64,000 nt of DNA. Origin: Rhina ancylostomus. Lineage: Eukaryota. Under the pieces are notes generated by a model. That model ran no database searches, was not told where the DNA came from, and was given only the letters and a program-made list of their open reading frames with translations. The stretch spans positions 20,645,446 through 20,709,445 of the forward strand of contig JARFYF010000050.1 of NCBI GenBank assembly GCA_030265395.1, given 5' to 3'. The translations under genes were made by a program, and so were the position numbers. Positions 55,612-64,000 of the stretch are shown here, piece by piece. Within the stretch, counting starts at the first letter, position 1, and each line of letters opens with the position of its first letter.

Positions 55612-58600
55612 ATGAGTTCCAGCGACTCGCACAATGCAGTCTCACTCAAGCTCCCAACTTTCTGGGCCGCCCAGCCCCATGTGTGGTTCGAGCAGGCTGA
55701 GGCCCAGATCAGCATCAGGGACATTACAACCAATGCCACGCGGTACTACTACGTGGTCAGCACGCTTGACCAGGACACATCAGGCTAGACCTTCAATTTC
55801 CTGAACTGACCATAGGCAGAAGACAGGTACACTAAAATTAAGGCACTCCAGATCTGCATCTTCGGGCTTTCCAGCCGAGAACGGGCCATGTGACTCCTAC
55901 ACATGGATGGCCTGGGCGACCGCAAGCCATCCAAGTTGATGAATGACATGCTGGCGCTCATGGATGGCCATAAGCCGTGCTTTTTGTTCTAACAGTTGTT
56001 CCTCGAGCAACTGCTGGAGGACCTTTGCCCCCCTCCTTGCGGGCGACAATTTCAGCGACCCCCGCAGACTCGCAGTCCGTGCGGACATCTTGTGACAGAG
56101 TAAGCAGTTTCCATCTGCCTAACCACAAACGCGCAGCCCAAGCCCAAGGCCCCACAACCGAAGCCACTGGGACCCATAAGGGACAAGGAGGAAGGCTCGG
56201 ACCAATGGTGTTTCTACCATCAGAGGTGGGAGTTGAGCGAGCACCGCTGCCATGTTCTTACCAGGGAAACGCCAGGGCCAGCCGCCATTAATGGCTTCGA
56301 CAGCTGGCCATCGCAACAGCCTCCTTTTCCTCTGGGACCGACGTTCCAGCCAACATTTCCTGGTGGACACCAGAGCTGAAAGCCATGTCCTGCCACCCCA
56401 ACATGGACACCCGCAGCGTGGCCCTGGGCCCCAACTTCACCACCGCGAACGGCACGCGTACCATCCCGCTGCGTTTTGGACCCAGCTCCTTCACGGTAGC
56501 AGTGGTATCATGGCTGTTACCGGGAGCAGATTTCCTATGGGTCAACCACCTTCTGGTCAACCTGAAGCCCAACATTTGGCCAACACTGTGACTTTCCAGC
56601 TCGGGGACGCCTGTGTTCCAGCCCTCCACCTGGACTCCATCACACTCTTGGGTAATGAGTTTGCCAGGGTACTGACGGATTTCCCCTCCATCATCACCCC
56701 ACAGTTCTCTACCACCGGCCCCAAGCACGGGTACAACACCACATTCCCATGCAGGGGCCACCGCTGCACGCCCGAACCCGTAGGCTCCCACCCGACAAAC
56801 TCCACCTCGCCAAGGAGGAGTTTTGGAAAATAGAGATAGGGATCATCTGGCACTTGGACAGCCCATGGGCATCACTGCTGCACATGCTGCCCAAGGCTGC
56901 CGGGGGTTGGAGGCACTGCGGGGACTACAGGAGACTCAACGACACCATGACTGCCGACTGTTACCCGGTGCCACACATCCAGGACTTCACAGCGAACTGC
57001 ACAGGGTGACCATCTTCTCAAAAATCGATCTGGTCAGGGGGTACCATCAGATCCCCGTACACCCCAATGATGTGCCCAAGATGGCCCTCATCACCTCCTT
57101 CTGGTTATTCAAATTCCTCTGGATGCCCTTCGGCCACAAGAACACCGCCCAGACTTTCCAGAGACTTACGGATTCGGTGGGGCAAGGCCTGGATTTCACC
57201 TTTATCTACCTGGATGATATCCTGGTGGCCAGCTGGTCATGCCAAGAGCACGTGGCACATCTGTGCCAGCTCTGCCAATGTCAGAGCAACCACGGATTGG
57301 TAATCGACCCTGGGAAGTGCAGTTTGGGCTGCAGGAGATCGACTTCTTGAGCCACAGGGTAAACCAGCCAAGTGCCGCCCTGCTACCGGACAAAGTCCAG
57401 GCTATCCTCCAGTTCCCCTAACCCAGCATGGTCAAGGGCCTGCAAGAGTTTGTGGGGATGGTGAATTTCTACCATCGGTTTGTGCCAGCGGTGGCCCGCA
57501 TCATGAGGCCCCTGTTCAGTCTGATGGTCAGGAAGGCCAAAGAAATGGCATGGGACACTGAATCCACAGAGGCTTTCGAGCAGANNNNNNNNNNCGTCCT
57601 GGAGCAGGTCATCGAGGGCCAGTGGCAACCACTCGCCTTTTTCAGCCATCACCTGTGACCACCGGAGGTCAAGTACAGCGCTTTCAATAGGGAGTTGCTT
57701 GTGCTCTACCTGGTGATCTGGCATTTCCTCAAGGGAAGGGACTTCATCATATATACGGATCACAGGCCCCTCACCTTCGCTTTCACAAAAGTATCTGACC
57801 CATGGCCAACCCGTCAACAAAGGCACCTCTCTTTCATTTCGTAATTCACCACAGACGTCTGCCACATCGCAGGAAGAAACAACATGGTCACCGACACGCT
57901 GTCTTGCCTCCACTTCCACTCAGTGGCCACTGCATCCCCTGACATCGACTACACGGTGCTGGCACAGGCACAACAGGCAGATGCCGAGATCCCGGTCTAT
58001 CGCACTGCCATTTCGGGGCTCCAGTTGAAGGATATCCCTGTTAGCCCAACAGTGGTTCACCTCCTGTGCAACACGTCAACCAGCAGACCCCGGCCCATGG
58101 TGCCAGCAGTGCAGAGGCGACGGGTGTTCAACATGCTACGCAGCCTGGACCACCAGTCCATTTGGGCATCCATCAAACTAGTAGCAGACAAAATTCATTT
58201 GGCACAGGTTGCGGAAGCAGGTTGGGCACTGGGCCGGGACCTGCATACACTGCCAAATCTCTGAGGTCCAGCGGCACATGAAGGCCCCCCTCCAGCAGTT
58301 CCAGCCCACGCTCAGGAGGTTCTGGCACATCCACGTGGATATCGTCAGCCCCGTTGGTCTGCCGGGGTGCCAGGTATATCTTCAGCATGGTTGACAGGTT
58401 CAGATGGCTGGAGACTGCCATTGGCAGACACTGCCAAGTCCTGTGCCAGGATGCTCATCATGAATTGGATCACCAGGGTTGGGCTCCTGACAGACATCAC
58501 CTCTGACAGAGGGGCACAGTGTGTTGAGTTTGCGGACAGCACTGGCACAACTTTTGGGCACCTGGTTATACCACACCATGGTGTGCCACCTCCAGTCCAA

Positions 58601-59110
58601 TGGCTTGGTCAAGCAGTTCCACAGGCACCTCAAGTCAGCACTGATGGCATGCCTCAAGGGGCCAATGGACAGATAAGCTCCCCGGGTCTTACTGGGCATC
58701 TGCACAGCCCCCAAGACTTGGGCACCTCCTCGGCAGACTTGGTCTGCAGCACTCCAGAGTCCCAGGTGAGTTTGTTCCAGAGAGATCCAGCAGGGACACC
58801 AGCAGAGGTGTTGAGGCTGTGGGACAAGGTAGGGACCCTGGCACGATCCCCACCTCCAGACATGGCACACTGTCCTTCATCCCCAGGGACCTGGGACTGC
58901 AAGTACGTGTTCATTCACAGGGGCATGCACAAGGCACCTCTGCAGATGCTGTATGAAGGACCCTTCAGGGTGCTCCAGCACAACAGCTGTGTGTCATGGA
59001 GGTGGGTGGCTGTGAAGAGACTCTCAGTGGACTGCCTCAAATTGGCACATGTGGACATTGAGCAACTGGTGCAAGCACCTGCACCCTGCCAGCAGGGCAG
59101 GCCACTCAAG
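55612..59110 (+). pseudogene. Disrupted gag-pol of the Gypsy element
   Basis: Domains are in the order Gag-PR-RT-RH-IN, spread over all three + frames with many stops and frameshifts. Confidence 0.88.
56264..56309 (+). other. -1 ribosomal frameshift signal (G GGA AAC plus stem-loop) at the gag/pol junction
   Basis: Heptamer 56264-56270 is in the Gag-end frame (YQGN), and the protease ORF is in the -1 frame. After a 5-nt spacer, GGCCAGC (56276-56282) pairs with GCTGGCC (56303-56309). Confidence 0.75.
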
Positions 59111-59371
59111 GACACAGACTGGGGGTCCCATATCCCTGATGGGTGCTTCAGCAACCTGTACTCATGCATGTTGAACTGCCATTGGCAGCTGTGGACAGAC
59201 ATGCAGTGCAATCAGTCTGTGGGGCAGGCCTTCTAGCAAGGACCTGGTGTCATGTCTGCTGAAAGGGCCCTTGGGTATTTTTGCACACTCACCTTTTGTC
59301 AGTGAAGTGTGCTTTGATCCAGCCTCCATGTCTCCAAGTTTTCCTTTTGGAAATGTGCTGTGTTGGCTACA

Positions 59372-60050
59372 CCATTCCATTTTCTCCTGTTCCACTATCA
59401 ATTGCATTGATCCTAATAAGGCCTTTCACTGGTGCAATCCTTGAAATGCAGTTTCCCCTCTGCCCTAGTGGATGGAACTCCCAACCATCTTTCCTCCATT
59501 TCCCTACATCTGCTCTGTGTGACAGAACCAAGTTTCCTGATACTTGCTTTCCACCCAAGAGCCTTTGTAATCAGTGTATTATCCTTCACATTCCACTAGC
59601 CCCAAAATAACCATGTTGCTTTTTTTTTTACTCCATTTCACAGGAACCAGTCACTTTGCAACTCCCACTGTTCTTGTCCCCACCCGTCACTCTCAATCTC
59701 ACAGGACCTTCCCATGCAACAGCCAGTGATGTAACACCCACCTATTTCAGCCCATCATCCAGGGACCCAAACTATCATGCCAGGTGAAGTAGTGATTCAC
59801 TTGCACTTCCAATCCAGTCTGCTGCATTTAGTGTTAACATGTAGCCTCCTCTACACTGGAGAAACACATTGGCTGATTGCAAGTCTGCTTGAGTGGCTGA
59901 GCTTCTGAATGCCTGCCAGTTTACTTCACCCCACTCCCTCCTCCATCTGCAGGTTCCTGCATTAAGGCCCAATGCAAGCTAAAGAACAGCTCACTTTTGA
60001 TAGAAGTCTACAGGACTCAAAATTGAATTCTCCAACTCCAGATACTTACC
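59372..60050 (+). mobile_element. Penelope-like element fragment (right half)
   Basis: Starts cc att cca ttt tct ((A)IPFS), continuing the motif broken at 53586. Later caggtgaagtagtgattcacttgcacttc...ctcctctacactggagaaac resembles the GIY-YIG region. Confidence 0.65.
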
Positions 60051-60349
60051 CTGTGTCAGGACTGGCTATTTGTGCTTGCAACCATTCATATTCTGGCATG
60101 CTCATGTCAGTAGGCCAAAAAAATTATGAACAGTAAAAGCTCAGCTATCCATTAATGGCTACATCATTTCATCTCAGTACAGACATTTGTTCTATTCACT
60201 GCCCTACCACATTCTGATGCTTACTTTCCCCAGTTCTGAAGAGTCCAACCTGAAATGTTCAGTGGATTTCTTTCCAAAGATGTTTGACTGCACAAGTCCC
60301 TCCAGTTTTTCTGGAAAAAAAAAATCAACTGGCAAGTTGGGTGTAGCAC

Positions 60350-61015
60350 TAGTTGATAGAATTAAATCCTGGAGAGGTGATGCTTTTTAGTTGGGAGACC
60401 TGATACACCAGGAATGGTAGGGTCCCCACAAAAAAGGGATCTTGGCATGCAAGACAAGATCCCCAAAAGGTTGTAGCACATGTGAATGAGTGAGCGGCCT
60501 ATGGGGTTTGACCTTCATTAGCCAGGTATAGAATAGATGTGCTGGGACACATTACAAACAGTATTGTATACTGTTGTGGTCACCATTGCAGGAAGCACGA
60601 GACTACACTGGAGAGGTTTATCATGTTGCCAGGGATAGTGTCCTTTGGTTATGGGGAAGGACTGGTTTAGTCTTCCTGGAGTGGAGGCAGCCAAATGGCA
60701 GGGGAGGAAAAAAGGATCAAGTTAAAAATTGAGGGACAAATTGGATTATGAGAAACCTTTCCTGAAAAAGGGAAAAAGGGACATCTAAAACCAGGCCATT
60801 GATTAAAGATAGAGTGAAGAGGTTAGGGGATCTGAAAAAGCAAGCTGTCTGGGGTGAAAAGATATCCTGAACACAGTCCAAGGTGGAGCCAGGTACATGC
60901 AATGAGTATCTCAGACATCAATCACCAAATGCATAGGCTATGGAGTATTAGTAAATTAATAGCTGGATACTTGGTCAGCATAGACAGTGGACCAAAGCCC
61001 ATTGTGTTCCATGAC
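60350..61015 (+). mobile_element. Eroded CR1 LINE 3' fragment
   Basis: gggatcttggcatgca...gccttcattagcc-like...ttggtcagcatagacagtggaccaaagccc. Confidence 0.5.
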
Positions 61016-61908
61016 TAATAACTTATTTTGTTACTGTAAGCTGATTATAGCATTGTCAGTCATCTGTCAGGATACTGTTAGCAAGACATTGCAGACAGTC
61101 ACCCAAGGGACTGGTGAAGAACAGCGAGATTCAGTATTAAAGGCTAGAGTCTGCTGTGCATCAAGATTAGAGATAATGGCATGATGAGTGTGAAGATCAA
61201 AGGATAAATTTCAAAACCCAACTACCCTTTGATCTTTCTTACAATTCATTGTGATGTTGTGGAATGTCTAAGAGTAGACTGTGGGATTAGAATGAGGTGA
61301 AAAATGTTACATTTTATTGCTGTACAAGGACCAATGCAAGTTATTCCTTAGTTTATATGGCCATGCTGCTGAATTAGATACATCTCTTCCAGGCTAGGTC
61401 ATGAACAGCATGGTACTTGGTACCTCTAAACTAGGAGGCCAGCAAGTCTGCTTGCAGGTTAGGAACAACCAGAACACTTAATTCAGCCATGGGATCAGGT
61501 GCCACAGACATCATTCAGTAGCATGGTGGGTAAACTCCAAAACCTTTACAGGAAATCCACTACACCCACAACTTTCCACCCATTCAAGTATGACCCTGAC
61601 CAAAAAGGGACACCAAGCCTCTACCCACTCTTTTGTACCGTTGTCATCATCTCTCCCTTTTCCAGGCAAGAGAAAAAAGGGCTGCACTTTACATTGGTAG
61701 CCTGGGCCAACATTTTGCATCAAGCCAAATCCAATTTAATTAGGGCCTTAGCTGGAGTTCAACTCTCCTTGCATTCCATTACATGCATCCTGCAGTCAAC
61801 CACAAATTGGAGGCAGCTTTTTAATCTCTGCAGGGAGAATGAACACAAGTTCAAATGTGTTGCTTAACCAGTTTAAATAGTTAAGTAAACAAGTCAAAGC
61901 TAAATTAC

Positions 61909-61999
61909 CAGTGACATCAGGAAGAGACGTTTTGGTGCTTTCAACTTCTACTCCATCTTCAGAAGATTTTTTAGTACTTTCAACCCCTTCTTCATCTTC
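61909..61999 (-). CDS. MXRA7: Probable MXRA7 exon 2 (acidic linker)
   Basis: ttctcctttgcag| acceptor and G|GTAATT donor; 91 nt, phase 0 to phase 1. Encodes EDEEGVESTKKSSEDGVEVESTKTSLPDVT. Acidic composition and phases fit MXRA7 exon 2 as recalled; the sequence itself is not diagnostic. Confidence 0.7.
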
Positions 62000-62699
62000 C
62001 TGCAAAGGAGAATGTACATGTTAAAACAATTAATGGCTTCCAGTTCAAGTATAGCATTCACAAATAATATTTCCCTGGAAAACTGAACAAAAAAATCTGG
62101 AACAATCAGAAACAGTTTACCTTGTGAAAATCTGTTTCAAGACATTGACCAAATGACAAATACCAATACTGTAAATAACCATTTGTATGCCATTTTTATT
62201 GGTTTAAAGATGACTTCACTGGAGAATGTTCTCTAGATGGTAACTTTAGACAAGTCCAAGGACAGGTGACCAGTGGATGTCATCTGTTCTTGGTTGTCTC
62301 TTGTCCCCATGGGGAAGGCTTCTACAATGTCAATCAGCCAGTACTTCAAATATTGGAATTCAGCCAAGTACATGGATTCAAACACTTTAGTTTTCGAACC
62401 TGTAACACCCCAAAAACTCTCATCCTAAAAATATTAGCTATTTGGAGTTGAATTTAGCTAGTGTTAATATGTGGGCTTCAGATGCACCAATTTGGGCACA
62501 AATCTACAGCCTGGCACTTCAATGCAACAACCTCACCTCTTACTTGCGGTCCAAGCCACATGCAGACATTGGGCAGAAATTTCTGCCATCTTGTGAAACA
62601 AGTGGTGAAGGTATTCCCATAGTGCTTGAGGCAGGACTTCCAGCATCTAACCAGGACATTCAGTGAACAGTAGGACTGAGGGAGTGTTGTCCCTGGTCC

Positions 62700-63350
62700 C
62701 TCTGTTCTACAAGTGTATGGTTCCCTGAATTCCCTCAGTGTTGCAGGTAGACAGTGGTGAAGGTAGTTTTTGGTACACTGGCCTTCAGAGCATCAAGTAT
62801 AAAAGTTGATATGTTGCAGCTATACAGGCTGTTGGCGAGGCCACATTTGGAATAGTGTTCAGTTTTAGTCACTTGCTAAAAAGTACTATTAAGCAGTAAA
62901 GAGTACAGAGGAGATTCAAGGATGTTGCTGGGACACAAGGAACTGAATTGTGGAAGCAGGTTGAGACTTTCATTGCAGCATAGGAGACAGGGGTGATCTT
63001 AGTGTTCAAAATCATGAGGGGGTATTGATACAGTCAATGTACACATTCTTTCTCCCCCCCCCCCCAGGGTTGGGGAAATCAAGAACTAGAGGGCATAGGT
63101 TTGAGAGGGGGGGAGATGCTCAATAGGAACCCAAGGGGCAACTTTTTCCACCTGGAGAGTGGACAGTTTATGGAATGAGCTACCAGAAGTTGATGCAGGT
63201 ACATTAACATTTAAAAAGGTACCTGGACAAGTACATAGATGGGAAGTGTTTGAACTATGGTCAGACAGGCAAATGGGGCTAGATGAGGTCAGATTTTTGG
63301 TTGGTATGGACCATTTGGGCTCAAGGGCCCCTTTCAATGCTGTATGACCA
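62700..63350 (+). mobile_element. CR1 LINE 3' fragment
   Basis: gaggccacatttggaatagtgttcagttt (RPHLEYCVQF remnant), actagagggcataggttt, tggaatgagctaccaga. Confidence 0.75.
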
Positions 63351-64000
63351 AATGCTCATTCAAAATTTCAGAGCTCATCTTTAATGTCTTAAACTGGCTC
63401 CCACTGAAGTGTTGTTACTGCAGCCTTTGAACTGCGAGACAGCTCAGTTATTAAAATACAAAATACTGAAGGGGGGGTTGCCTTCACAGCAAAGTCCATG
63501 TGACAATGTTGTGTGATGAAGCTTCATTATCTATCCAATGCATCAAGAAAATTTATCTTAAATTCCACATTTGAAGAGCCAATTTTAATCCCAAATTTTC
63601 AGGTAGTGATTGGAATTCTAAAGGGCAAATTTCCATTACCTGAATGGCTGTCAAGTAGGGTGTCCTGTAGTGGCTGCTTACACATGTTTGTAACCTCACC
63701 ATTAGCAGCTCAGCTTTGAGGTCAAGGAAAGAATTCCAGACTTGGTTAAAACCACCAACTAATCTCACTTTATCCTTGTCTACTTCAAAACATTGATACC
63801 TAAAACAGCATCTCACTGTTTTGCTTTGTTGCCAAGCTGTTTACTTTGATAACAGCAGCAGCAGGGATAAAGCCAATTTAAAAACTGATTGGGTGGTTTT
63901 GAATCCCATTTCAATTTCGAGTTTAACACAGACTTGCTTTGGCCAGCTGGCAAGGATGCTTGCAGATTCCCAGGCCTCTAGTCTGCTGCTGGGCCTGGCA

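Larger units (their letters stand above)
55326..59371 (+). mobile_element. Degenerate Ty3/Gypsy LTR retrotransposon, CsRN1-like clade
   Basis: LTR B at about 55326-55566 with a degenerate PBS (tggtgacc). Gag from ATG 55612 (KLPTFW..PHVWFEQAEAQ; WCFYHQRW). Protease FLVDTRAE, RT KIDLVRGYHQIP/MPFG/YLDD (57207-57218), RNase H WQPLAFFS, integrase CIHCQ/HVDIV/SDRGAQ/YEGPF. LTR C at about 59147-59371, ending CA. Confidence 0.92.

Noticed and set aside
56119-59407. Numerous minus-strand ORFs over the Gypsy element
   Set aside because: They are shadows of GC-rich sense coding remnants with no independent motifs
1-64000. CRISPR arrays, tRNA/rRNA genes, operon-like or defence systems
   Set aside because: No regularly spaced repeat-spacer array or structural RNA gene was seen; the window is spliced vertebrate genomic DNA

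Overview
This is eukaryotic vertebrate DNA. It is AT-rich and CpG-poor, and its repeat content (CR1/RTE/L2 LINEs, V-SINE-like SINEs, Penelope-like elements) suggests a cartilaginous fish (inference). It comes from a draft assembly with N gaps. Two genes face each other tail-to-tail. (1) A complete 5-coding-exon ENPP7 (intestinal alkaline sphingomyelinase, 458 aa) lies on +, 5532-18005. It has a TATA/GATA/HNF4/CDX-like promoter and a probable 3'-UTR exon from 21726. (2) The 3' part of MXRA7 lies on -. It has exon 2 at 61909-61999 and three alternative phase-2 C-terminal exons: 41079-41150 (VELTPDLTSV*), 27864-27876 (AEE*) and 25481-25595 (IQQE...LYSL*). The expected core exon 3 is not visible and is probably in an N gap. 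The large MXRA7 intron holds a degenerate CsRN1-clade Gypsy element with a tRNA-Trp PBS, a CHCC-type Gag knuckle and a GGGAAAC -1 frameshift site plus hairpin. The element has three LTR copies and splits a Penelope-like RT motif. Many short repeats carry minimal hammerhead-ribozyme cores. I found no evidence of a wholly new gene system. The best leads are the MXRA7 tail-switching exons, the split-Penelope/triple-LTR structure and the hammerhead-bearing fold-back repeats. Nearly all other ORFs in the track are spurious or N-gap artefacts.
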